A stretch of DNA of 64,000 bases from Camelus ferus. Lineage: Eukaryota. Below are positions 14,311 through 26,159 of this stretch, piece after piece (positions within the stretch are counted from its first letter, which is position 1; each line of letters begins with the position of its first letter). Made by a program: the position numbers and the translations under genes. The stretch is from assembly GCF_009834535.1 (NCBI RefSeq), contig NC_045696.1, positions 57,104,001 through 57,168,000 on the forward strand, given 5' to 3'. The notes below the pieces were generated by a model. That model made no database searches, was not told the DNA's origin, and worked only from the letters and a program-made list of their open reading frames with translations.

Positions 14311-15262
14311 ATTTAAACTTTGGCACTACTTAGTTCTGAAACCTTAAATAATTTAAACTCTTCAAACTGACAATTTCTTATTTATAAAACATAGGGTTAG
14401 GCTAGGCTGTCACAATGGATCTTTTCCAAAATTCTGATTTTTTTGAACCTACAGGTTTATTGGTACAAATTATATAGAGGACGGGGTGGTGGAAAGGAAT
14501 ATAAATAAAGACAGTTTTGGTAATTGACAATAGCTCTTAAGTACTCCTGGGTATGGGGATTTACATTAAAGCAGAAACTGAATATTTATTTACAGAGAAA
14601 AAATATGTGAAACCTTCCAACAACGGTAGGAAAACCATAAGGTTATTTTATGAATGCCATAGGAATGCAGACTGACAGGTAGTGGGAATTACAAAATGTT
14701 TATTCTATTGTGCCTATCCTTTTATTTGTCAGCGAAATGACAATAGAAAATAAGAAATATTAGAAATGAGAAAAACAGTGCTTATTATAAGAAGCAACTG
14801 ATACCATTGAACACATCACTTAGTATTTATTACACAATACTGCATTTTTATAACTAACTATAAAGTTTTTAATTTGTAACATCTCCTTAAAGGTTTTTTA
14901 AAAAACCAGTAACCGTGTCTCTTGAAAGTGGAAGATCTGATTAGATCTTTTAAAAAAAGCCCTTCTAATTTATATTATTCTTGATTTATTTACAGTGAAA
15001 TTAAATCATTTATTAAAATGGCTATTTCATATGAAAAAATAAGAGATTTTATATCTTTCTACCATCATGTTCAATTACCCTTTGCATATCAGTTATTGCT
15101 CCTTATTTTTTTCTGTATTATTGTTAAAATTTTTCAAAATAATTATGAGCATAGAAAAGTTTTCACAGGGGAAAAATCTTTTTAAACTTATAGGAATTAA
15201 GAAATAAGAATTATCTATGAAATGTTAGGAAAATTTCTAATTTTTTATCATTTCATTTTTAG

Positions 15263-15328
15263 GTTTAACTGAGCTGAATGACACTCCAGTTCCTCTGGAA
15301 CTTGAGCGCTGCAAGTCTCCCACTTCAG
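15263..15328 (+). CDS. STXBP5L: STXBP5L 66-nt exon, LTELNDTPVPLELERCKSPTS
   Basis: Acceptor tttcatttttag| and donor TCAG|gtaaac. Phase 1/1. Translated by hand (too short for the ORF track). The RCKSPTS motif is shared by tomosyns. Confidence 0.95.
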
Positions 15329-16449
15329 GTAAACTTGAGTGGTATTTTTCAGGCTCTGGTAATTCACTGCAGTAATCTACTGCCTTATTTTCATTATTCT
15401 TGTAATGTGAAATTTATAACTTTAGAAATTAGATGTAATTTTGTTTCTGAAATTTAATCATAAGTTAAAATAGATTCCAAAATAAAATAGAAATAATTAT
15501 CTTAAATATTTTTGCCTTCCCCAAAAATTAAGATCAGAGGTACGAATGCAATATTTTAAAGACACTTAAAGGAAGGTTATTTTGCAGATATGTGATATAG
15601 TAATAATGCCAAGTAAAAATTGGTAATACACAGAAACTCTGTCTTATAGCTAGAGCTAAATTATTGGGAAATATATACTATAGGTACAGAAGCGTATGAA
15701 ACCATTCTTCTGGACCATAGTTTTGAAACATGAATATTCATTAGCAAAGAAAAAAATGGTAATACATGTCGGAAATAAAAAAATCAAAATAAAGTGTGAA
15801 CCCATTAAAATGTATTAAAAATGTGAGTATCAAGATTCTTAGGAATAAGTCTTTAGGGTATGTGAAAAAAGATGTTAACAGTAGAAATTGTTGGGTGGTG
15901 ACATTGTGAATGATTTGCTTATTTTTTTAAATTTTTATTTGTCTGATTTTTCTATAATGTATATATCTAGTAATGTGTAAATTCTTAAACACCAAAAACA
16001 TTAGGTCTATCTTTGACATTGAATTGTAGGTCTTTTTTCATAGCGTATCAAAAAATAATTCATTGTTATTTAAGTTATTTTTAACTTCATACAAATTTAT
16101 AAACATTTAGTAATCTCTTTAAAAAGCAGTGAAATTTGACTTTTAGAAATTCAGTTAGAATTCTGGTATTTCTTCAGTTTACTCCCTTGAGTCGTTAGTT
16201 GTTTATTCTTATTTTTCAGGAATGTAGGCTGAGTAGAACCTAGTTGTATCCTGTGTAAATTTTTCTTTTAATTATATCTATTTAATCCTTATGTTACTGC
16301 TTTTATTTTAGACATGTTCTCATACATTTACCCTTTCTTTTGCATTTCCTCTGGCATCATTCTAATTTAGGTGTTACACTATACCTAGAATATCACGAAA
16401 ATACTCTAACGGGTGTCTGTGTTTTCCGTTTCTCCCTCTTCGATTTCAT

Positions 16450-19400
16450 TTTGCATATCATGTTCTTTTTTGTTTTCTGTTTTATACAAAAGTAGTATAT
16501 TGTATGCATTTCATTATACTTTGTTTGTTTCACTTTACAGTGTATCTTGCTTTCCATTGCATAAGGTATTTTCTCATTCTTATATATGATATTAATTTGC
16601 ATGCATGTATTATAATTTATTTCACCAATGAAAGGACATTTAGTTTAGTACCATCCTACTGCCTGTGTCAAACAAAAATGCTACAGTGACTAACCTTGGT
16701 ACATTCCTCACTTTAAATGTATGCAGGTATCTAACAGGTATATCTAAATTCCTAAAATCGGAGTTGCTGGGTCAAAGAGTATACACTTTGTCTAATCATA
16801 ATACTCCCCATTGCTCTCCTTGGGGTTTACAACAGTTTTCTCTTCTTCCTGCAATAATATGCAAATACTGGTTATTATTTTTTTTTGAAAGTCTGTTTGA
16901 TAAAAGGGATATGTCAGTGCAGTTTCAATTTATCTTTCACAAATTATAAGCACATTATAAGTGAATTGAATACCTTTTCATATATTTAAGAGCTCTTTAA
17001 ATAATTTTTTGTAAATCATCTAGTCTTATACTTTGTGCATTTTCTATAGTGTTGTTTGTTCTTTTCATAATAATTAATCCCCTTCATAAGTTGAGAAGAT
17101 TTTCCCTTTGTGACATGAGATCCAAATATTTTTCTCAATTTAACTTTTAACTTTGCTTATAGTATATCTTGTCTTAGTGAAGTTTTTTTATAATCAGACC
17201 TTGATCTTTTAAGGACTTCTTTATGCTTAACAATTTAAATACTATCGGTTATCTACTTTTTTTTACGTTTTGGTAAAAATTCCCCTGTCAAGTCATTTAT
17301 CCTTTATAGTTACTTATTTTGTATATTTGTACTTTCTTGGAAAAGACAAAAAATTCATTAGGAAAATTTCTGAAAATACAGTGTACATATGCAAAGATTG
17401 AGAGTTTATCTTTCTTTAATTAGGCTAATATTTGATCTATTTTGCTGTTTATTTAAACCCAAACAATGATTTTATTGAATTTTTTTGGTTTTTTTACTTA
17501 TTTCTGCTTTTATCTTCATTTCCTCCTCTTTCCTTCATTTTATTTTTCCCTTTCTAACTTTTTGTGGTAGATGCTTAATTCATTTATAATTTCTTACATA
17601 CTGATGTGAGTTAACAAGGCTAAATTTTCCTTTGAATATGCATTAAACATATAACTTTTGATAAATTATGATTGCATTAACATTTTCTATATAGTAGACA
17701 ATTAGTTTATATTTCTTTGGCCCAAGAGTTATTTAATGTAAATGTGTGGCATCAGTTAGCTTTAAGTGTTACCTTATTAATTATGTTATTTAAGTCATAC
17801 ATGTCCGTACTTATATTTTAATGACTTGTCAAAGATGTGGAAAAGGTGAATTAAAATATTGTATTAATAGCATATTTCTATTTTTCCTTGTGTCTGCTGT
17901 TTATTTTTTTAAATATTTATGTATAAATATTCAAAAATATATCCACAAAAAGTGCATTCTTTACCATTAATCACCATTGTTCATTTCTGTTGTGTCCTTC
18001 ACCTGAATTCACCCTAGTTGTTAATACCACAACTCTTGCTTTACTTATTTGTAATTCTTTTGTATACCTTGGCTTACCTCTTTTGGGGCAAATTGTTTTT
18101 TAACTGAGGTATAATATATAAATCTCAAAGTGCATAATTCTTAAGAGTTAAGGTAGACTAGTTTTCCCAAGTGAATATTCCATGTAAACATATCCAGATC
18201 AAAATATGAAATGTTACTAGAACCCCAGACACCTCCCTTATGCCCCTTTCATCCACTAACCCTCACAAACTTACCTATGATTCTGACTTTTATCATAATG
18301 TTAGTTTTGTGGATTTTGGACTCTATTATTACTGAACATTTAGGTGGTTTTCAGTTGGGGGCTATTATAAGTAAAGCTGTTAGACTGGTACAAAACTAGT
18401 CTTGTACAATTTTAATACAAATATAAACTCATTTCTGTGTTACATGTGTCTGGGAGTGGAGTTTTGCGGTCATAGGGTATGCATATATTCAGCTTCAGTA
18501 AATGCTATTGCGTTTCCTAAAGTGCTTGTGGGGAGGGTACAGTTCAGTGGTAGAGTGCCTGCTTAGGAGGTAGAAGGTCCTGGGTTCAATCCCCAATATC
18601 TCCAATTTAAAATAAATAAACCTAATTACCTCCTCTGCTAAAAATTTAAAAAAATTAGAAATAAAAATTGCTTGCACCAATTTCACTTCCATTAACAGTG
18701 TATAAAAGTTCTGTTTGTTACAGATACTTGCCAATGTTTTTTCCCCCCAGTCTCAGTCATTCTGGGGTGTACATAATGCTATCTCATTGTGGAATTAAAA
18801 TGAATTACATATCCCTGATGTCTAATGATTTTGATGAACTTTTATGTTTATTGGCTATTTTTAACATTCTCTTTTATAAGATATTCAAGTCTTTTACTCA
18901 TTGTTACTATGTTGCCAACTTTTTCTTTCACTATAAGGAATTCTGTGTATGTATGTAGATACATACATAGACGTCTTTTTGTTGCATGTATACAGTACAA
19001 AATATTTTTCCCATTCTGTGCCTCACCTTTTACTTTCTTAAAGGTGATCTTTGATAAACAGAAGTTTTTAATGCTAATATAATTCAATTTATCAATATTT
19101 TCTTATTATTAGTGCTTTATGTGTTATGTTCTTTAAAAAATCTTTGTCCACCCCAAGGTCATAAAACTATTTCCCTATCTTCTAGGAGCCATATTGTTTT
19201 ACCTTCACTTTTAAGTTCAAGATCCACTTGATATGTATTTCTGTGTCTATTGTGAGGAAAGTGTTAAAGTTTATTACTTTCATTTAGGTGTCCATTTATG
19301 ACAAAACTCTCATTTCCCCCAATGCACTAAAATGGTACTTCTGCCACAAATTAGCCTACTTTACCATGTATATGTGTGTTTCTAGACTTTTTTCTATTTC

Positions 19401-20115
19401 ATTTCCATGTTTATCTGTCATTTATCCAGTTCCACACTGCTCTAACTGCTGTAGCTTTATATAGGGCTGACAGTGTAGGTTCTCCAATTTTGTTTTTGTG
19501 GTTTTCTTTCAAGAATATTATAGTTATTTTAGGTCTTTTGTGTTTCCATATAACTTTTTAAAAAAATTTATCAGTTTGCACACAAAAAAACATACACTTG
19601 GATAGTGACTGCAGTTTTATTGGATCTATAGATCAATTGGTCAGAATTAATATTCAACAATAATGAATTTTCCATTTAGTGTCTATGTGTCTACTTTCAG
19701 TAATTAAAGTTTTTAGCTTTGTAGAGGTCTTGCACATCTTTCACTAGATTTATTCCTCTGTATTGGATTTTTATGTTGTAAATTTTTTATCTTTTTTTGT
19801 GGCTAAATATAAAAATACAATTAATTAATTACTTATTTTATACAGTTTTTAATACAGTGTTTAATCCCAGAAAACTTGATAAATTTAGTTAATTTCAATA
19901 ATTTGTAAATTCTTTTAGATTTTCTATATATCCAATTATGTTCCCTGTTAAAATGACAGTTCTATTTCTTCTTTCTAAAGGAAGAAATTAGCTAGGACTT
20001 CCAAAACAGTGTTGAATAGATGTGGTTTTAGCAGATATCTTTCTTTTTTCCCCAATCTCATATATACATCCTTCAAGATTTCATAGTTAAATTATAAGGA
20101 TTGCTATAGGTTTTT
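16450..20115 (-). mobile_element. Old L1 (L1ME-like) fragments, antisense
   Basis: T-rich reverse-strand L1 ORF2 and 3'UTR motifs (tgaacatttaggtggttttcagttgggggctatta, gctaggacttccaaaacagtgttgaataga). Confidence 0.75.
18529..18665 (+). mobile_element. Camelid-type tRNA-derived SINE (Vic-like)
   Basis: ggggagggtacagttcagtggtagagtgcctgctt...gtcctgggttcaatcccc...aataaacctaattacctcc plus A-rich tail. Approximate TSD aaagtgcttg/aaattgcttg. Confidence 0.88.
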
Positions 20116-20199
20116 AGCAGACATCCTGCTTTTAGCCCTCTGCCTATGTTTCTTCTATTGTTAGAGCAGATCTGGAAACAGCATCACTGTCATTTTATT

Positions 20200-20242
20200 T
20201 ATGTATGTATGTATGTATGTATGTATGTATGTATGTATGTAT
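20200..20242 (+). repeat. (TATG)n microsatellite
   Basis: About 10 perfect TATG units read directly. Confidence 0.97.
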
Positions 20243-21599
20243 TTAGCAAGGCAGACTCAGAGGACTGTGCATGCAATCAAACATATTGCTTCAAAACAAG
20301 AAGGTTTTGACTACTTTTGTAGTATGTTATTTGGAACAGAAATGATTGACAGGCAGCACCAGGCTTATATAGGAATGAAATACCAGCTGCAAGACAGAGG
20401 AATCAGGTTCATCACTTGCCAGATGAGAGTGAAAATCTCTTTTACAAACAAGTTATTCATATCGCCACAATTTTCTAGAATTCACAATTTGTCTCAAAAG
20501 TTTTATTCTTATTTGTTGTGCTGAAAACATAGATCCCTCATTGTGAATGGAGAAAAATTTGCCTGAAGCAATGGTTAAAACCATAGACACCAACTTCATG
20601 AGATATATAGAGCAGTAATTCCTAATGCTTTTGTGAAGGATTTTTAAATGTTCAAAATTTTTAATAGTGGTGTTTTCCACTCTAAACACTGATAATTTCA
20701 TTAGGCCTATAAGAAAATATGGAGTGCCCAACAGAGAATTCAGAGAAACACTAAGGGCCAAAAAGTAGAGTGGTTTTGTAAAAATTCTCCATAATTCTTC
20801 ACAATACAATTAAATATTTTCTATGATCAGAAACAATGATGATGATCATGGAAACTCCACAAAAGAATTGCCTCAAAGGGGCAGTGTTCTCAAAAATAGT
20901 GAGCAGAAAGAAAGGACCTACACGTTTTATGCAGTCATTGAATATTTGATGCTGCTCATAGGGACTAAATAAGAATCAGACACAGTTTGCGCAGCTTTCT
21001 TAAATTAGGCATTCATTAAAGAATGGTTATGACTAGATTTACAATTTTAACAAGTATTACCTACCAATGTTCTAGACCCCAAATAAAATCAGTGACCAAG
21101 GGACCTAAAAATAATAGTAACCCACAATTTTCCAGACAGTAGTTTCCTTTTTTTCTTATGTAACACAACACCACTGTGACTTTTTCTGAGGAGAAAACTG
21201 AAGCTTAGGGTATTTAAATAAGTGGAGCTAGAATCCCAACTTAGTTATATTTGGTTGTAAATCCTAAGCATCCCCCCTGATTTTCATTAATAAAATAGTA
21301 ACAAGAAATATGGGAATTACAAAAAATAATCACAATCAAAATTATATGACATCCAAGCAGTGAGAAAGTAAGAAATTGCTGAGTTATAAAGAGACAATGT
21401 TTTAACAAAGAGATTCAAAAAAGCTTATATATATTTTGCATGAAACATCAGAAATACAGTTTACCATTTAATTTCCAGGAAAAACTGGTTTTGAAAGTAA
21501 TTTTTAGTTTTGATAGTTTATAAAATCACCAAACTATCAAATTTTGAATTTATTAAGACTTATTTGCTATAATATTGTAATCAACATTAGTGGAGTATT

Positions 21600-21800
21600 T
21601 GAATGCAAACAAGGTATTTTTCATGTATATTATCATATTTAGCCCTACAGCAATCCTGTAAAGTCGGTACAATTCTCATTTTATATGAGTGGAGAATTAT
21701 GACTAGGAAAAATAATTCTATAACTTGCCCAAGGTTATTCTGCTAGGACATGGCTTAGTCAGAACCAACCCAAATTCTTAGACTTGAAGGTCCTCTGACC
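21600..21800 (-). mobile_element. MIR SINE fragment
   Basis: attctcattttatatgag...taacttgcccaaggtta resembles the MIR core. Confidence 0.65.
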
Positions 21801-24800
21801 CCAAATTACTTGACCTCCTTTTGTGTGCTTTAAAAAAAAAAGTGTGTTGAATAACCTAGTTCTCTCTCGGAGTTTATAATTCAAGACAGACAAAACAGAA
21901 AAAAAGTTTCATGATCATTTAACACTTGTTCATATGACAGTAACAAAAAGTCACTGATTCATTATCATTGTCTAGATAGGAATGTAATACATATTTTAAG
22001 GTGGCAAGAAAAGTAGAGTCATGACATTAAACTTTTGTATGCTGGGGCCAATTCCAAGAAATATGCCTCTTTGCCTGCCTGTATCTTAGCCATTTCTGAA
22101 AAAAAGGAGAGGGAAATGGCCACAAAATTAGAAGCATGTAGATCTTTCATTGCTCCACCGTGGCATGGTGACCACAAAATGTTTGTGTATGTATGTGGTT
22201 TAACTATACCTGTATGTATACACCTCTGTCCTATCTTCGTTTGTAGTATAGGGAAGATAGACAAATGAAGTTTACTACTATAGTCCAACCAGTCAGTTAA
22301 TTAATCAATAGATAGATAAACTTTACAAACATTTAATCCAAATAACTGTTTATTTTAATTTAGTGTTAGATTTATTTATTTTACAGAAAATATCTAGGCC
22401 ACAGAGGTGGTTATCTCTATATCAGGAAGACTGTGTTTCTTAGCGGAAAGGACATAACTTTGGAGTCAAGATAAATTTGATTTTACCCTACCACTTTCTA
22501 CCAATATAACGTTAGCCAAGTTTCTTAATCTTAACTGTGTGCTAGTGTTCAGAACATAGATTCTCAATAATATATATTAGCGGTTATTATAAAAGCAGTG
22601 ATGAACATCCATGGCCTAAAGAGACTGAATTTGTTCTCCCTGACTATTCTAAATTTCCAAATAATAGTTGTAGCTTAGACATAACAAACTAGAAATACTT
22701 CATGAAATCAAAAAGTCAATACAGTTGTTCCTAATCAACAAACAACTTATCAGAAGCTTTGAGTTAGAAATTTCTAACCTAGCATTTTGTTATTTCCCAT
22801 TAAAGTAGTAGCCATATTCAGACTGATTCAGGGTACACTCTGTTCCTAAAATTTTGATTCAAATGTGGAATCAAGGATCTGACTAAAACTTACTTGAAGC
22901 CAATATAACATTCCTCAGATGAGCCAGGCTGCACTATTCATTGACTTTGAATTGAATCAGGAATTAGAAAAAAGGCATATGAATATACAGATGATAGAAA
23001 ATACAGTCAAGACATACTGAAGTCTCTCAGGCAAAACCCTGTTGTAATGCCTGAAGTTCTGTTCAAATTTAGGGCTGAGCATATGACCTCATTCTGGTAT
23101 AAGCTATGGTAAACCATCAGACTACCCTGCCTTATTACTGTAACTAATCTGTTTTGGGGAGGCAGAAAATCTAGGAGTAGAGATGAATAGTCTTGAAAAG
23201 ATTTACAATCTGGTGCTATTGTAGGGCTTGGCCATCACCTGATCTTTAGGCCTGAATTTATAGATTAATATTAATATGTATTTTGCCATCAGCTAATACT
23301 GTCACTTATTTGTGTCACCTTTGGTCTCATGCCATCCTAACAATTTCTAGGTAAGTAGTAATGTGATAGATGTGATTAGGTAAGTGATTAAATCCTATCT
23401 GTGGGGGACACTTTATTTCAAATTTTATGTTTTCTTAAACTCAGATTTAGTGACATATAATTTACATTAGGATAAAATTCACCTTTTTAGTGCACAGTTA
23501 TGAATTTTCTTTCTTTTCTTTTTAATTTTGTTTTTATCTTCAAAAATGTAAGCCAAAACATATTAAAGTAGCAAGAATTTACTGACAATTTTCCCAGAAT
23601 CTAACAGGACTAGGACCATAAGAAGTCAAACTGTTGTAAGTCTAATACTTGATGCAGCAATATTCCCTGCCCCATAGCCAGATCATCTATGGAACTATTC
23701 TCTGTATTACTGTGAGCCAAGACACGTAGTTTTTCAAGGTGTTGAAGGATTAAAGATAGTATTCTGTGTGAAGATACACAGCATGACAGATTTTTTGGGA
23801 GAATAAGCCCATTATGCATCAAATATGTGATGTCACTCTTGAAAAGACAGTGGACTCTTAGGAAGTACTGCTGTACAGAGATTGATTAGACATTAGGGAT
23901 ACAATCCCTGTCTTTAGAGAACTCAGTTTCAGGATGTTAGCTGGTAGTAGAGTAAAAAAAAAAATCAAGTATAACAAAATGTGTTATAGAAGAGATGTAC
24001 ACAAGATGCTATGAAAAGTTAAGATAATGGCACCAAATGAAGCCTTAAGTTTGAAGCTGCCTTCAGAAAGATGGTGATTTTTCAGCTGTCTTGAAGGATG
24101 AGTAGTTTACTAGTGGTTGGACAAGTGAGAACATTACTCTGTGCATAAATAACAGGAGAGTTGTTATTAACATTGTTATTAAAGAACTTCACCAATTAAT
24201 CACACCATCTAATCATTCTCTTTTCCTCCCCGAATTACACAATTGAGGATAGGGTCTGTAAGGGGGCCCCCAATTTTCAGGTAGAAAGTTGTCTATAGGA
24301 AGCCAAAAAGGCAGGTGATAAATTGGAGAGCGTATCCCCAAGAGTGGAGCAGATCTGAGAGCCACAGTAAATTAGATATTAGGCTAATAGAAAGGGACTG
24401 TTTGCCCTCTTTTTGAAAGCATCTCTGTAATCCATTTTTGAAGTAATTAATACTGTATAGATATGTTGCAACACCTTATTTTAAAACAAAATAGAAAATT
24501 AAAAGGATAAATTATGGAACAAATCCTTACATTATAAAGAATTACTTCCTACTTTCAAAATTAAGTGAAAGATTTTAAATAGTAAACATTCCACTCCCTC
24601 AGTCCATCTGAATTATGTATCAATTTACAAAATATACTTTATTTGCAACCTCTTCTGAAGCACAAATACCACGTATATTTATTTAGTTTGCCATGTTTTT
24701 ATATAAATACAATCTGTGCTGCTAATTCTAAACACAAATTACTGTAATTTGATTTACTGATTTCTCCTTAATAGAATTATTTAATGACTTTTCATAGAGA

Positions 24801-24879
24801 CAACTGCCTATTGCTATTGTTTTTATTAGAATGATAATACTTAGATTTCCTTTAGTAAGTTGTTTAGCATGCCATATTG

Positions 24880-25030
24880 TAGTCAGCAAGTTACAACCCA
24901 CAGGCCAAATCCAGCTTGCCACCTGTTTTGTTATGAGTTGTGAATTAGAACAGGTTTTTAATTTTTAAATGGTTAAGAAAAAAAATCAAGATATGAGTAA
25001 TATTTCATGACTCACAAAAAGTAATATTTA
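24880..25030 (+). mobile_element. MER58B-type DNA transposon, 5' portion
   Basis: gtcagcaagttacaacccacaggccaaatccagcttgccacctgtttt...tttttaaatggttaagaaaaaaaatcaa. Confidence 0.8.
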
Positions 25031-26108
25031 GGTTTCTATTATAGTTAGGTTTTATAAAATATAAGATGTATTCCAATCATTCTAGCTGAAATATTAGAGA
25101 TAGTATCAAGAATATTATTTGACAGATAAGAAGATTAAGCTGCAAATTGATGAAGGGATTTTTCAGTTTTATAACTAGGTGTTAACAATTCAGAGATTTG
25201 TGAGCCATGTTTTCTGATTTTAAATTGAGTGTTCTTCCTGCTATATTATCTTCCATCTTTATTTTAAAATAACTTTCATAGTTGTAAAGAAGATCACTCA
25301 CTACAAGGTATAAATTAATTGGTAGTATCATTTTGAGTCTTAATATAAGTATTGACAGAAAATATTTTAACATGATTCCCCCAATGCCTTTCTTTATGTG
25401 ATAACATAGATTCCAGTTAAATATTTTACCGATGCCCAATGTAAAATTTTTATTAACAGATAATGAGGCAAGTTTTCAATAAATAATAGGAGTTTTCTTG
25501 GTTTTTTCATTTTCTAACAGCTTGATTTATAATACAATTAAATTTATTTTCAAATTTTTTTATTTTCCAGATTTTTCTTATCTACTGAATTTAACATTTA
25601 GTATTCAGTACTGAAGGCATTTCATCTGCCATAGGCATGGTAAAGTTTACTCAACTACATCACATTACACCGATAATAGAATTCTATTTCAAAAAAATAT
25701 TTACAGAGTACATCGGTTTTTACCCTTATCATTGTTATTTATGATATAAGCTTATACATTTGTTGCAGTATTTCTTTACCTGTTAGATTTATCTGAAATT
25801 GATTTTGGGTTCTTTCCAAAATAAATAAGAAATCACTTCTCATGCCACATGTGAAAAAAACTATGTAAAAGATTTACTTATTTACTGTAAGAACAATTGC
25901 TTTTCTCATATTTCTGCTTGCATGTTAAATATTTACTACTGAATGACAACAAACTATCACTGAACGGTATTTCTGCTTCCATACATGCTCCCTAAGTATA
26001 ATGTTCATCAGGATCTTAATAATTTTACTGTAAAACATACTGCTCCCTCACACTCCTCTTTAATTTTATATATTAACAACTGCCTTTTTCCTTTTTCTGT
26101 TGTTTCAG

Positions 26109-26159
26109 TTAAAGGATCAAGAAAGTTAAGTCTGCCAACAGATCTTAAGGCTGATCTTG
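26109..26159 (+). CDS. STXBP5L: Candidate STXBP5L 51-nt cassette exon, (V)KGSRKLSLPTDLKADL, paralogous to the tomosyn-1 segment AKMSRKLSLPTDLKPDL
   Basis: Long polypyrimidine tract tgcctttttcctttttctgttgtttcag| and donor CTTG|gtacgg. Phase 1/1, no stop, in frame with neighbouring exons. Peptide is visible in ORF 25985..26188. Confidence 0.8.

Noticed and set aside
20245..20990. Unassigned segment with overlapping ORFs on both strands (20201..20524 +, 20453..20809 -)
   Set aside because: I recognised no protein or repeat similarity in the frames I read, and the + ORF begins in a microsatellite. BLASTx or Dfam would be needed, so no call is made.
4340..25030. The two MER58 halves as one element split by rearrangement
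   Set aside because: The 3' half lies 20 kb upstream of the 5' half, with a correctly ordered STXBP5L exon between them, and the halves overlap in consensus position. Independent truncated copies are the simpler explanation.
15329..26108. A paralog of the additional b-tomosyn-1 segment (recalled as GSSSPHNSDDEQK...KMVANDI) upstream of the 51-nt exon
   Set aside because: I found no matching peptide by eye, and the sequence directly upstream of 26109 is a pyrimidine tract rather than coding. A sensitive tBLASTn would be needed to exclude it fully.
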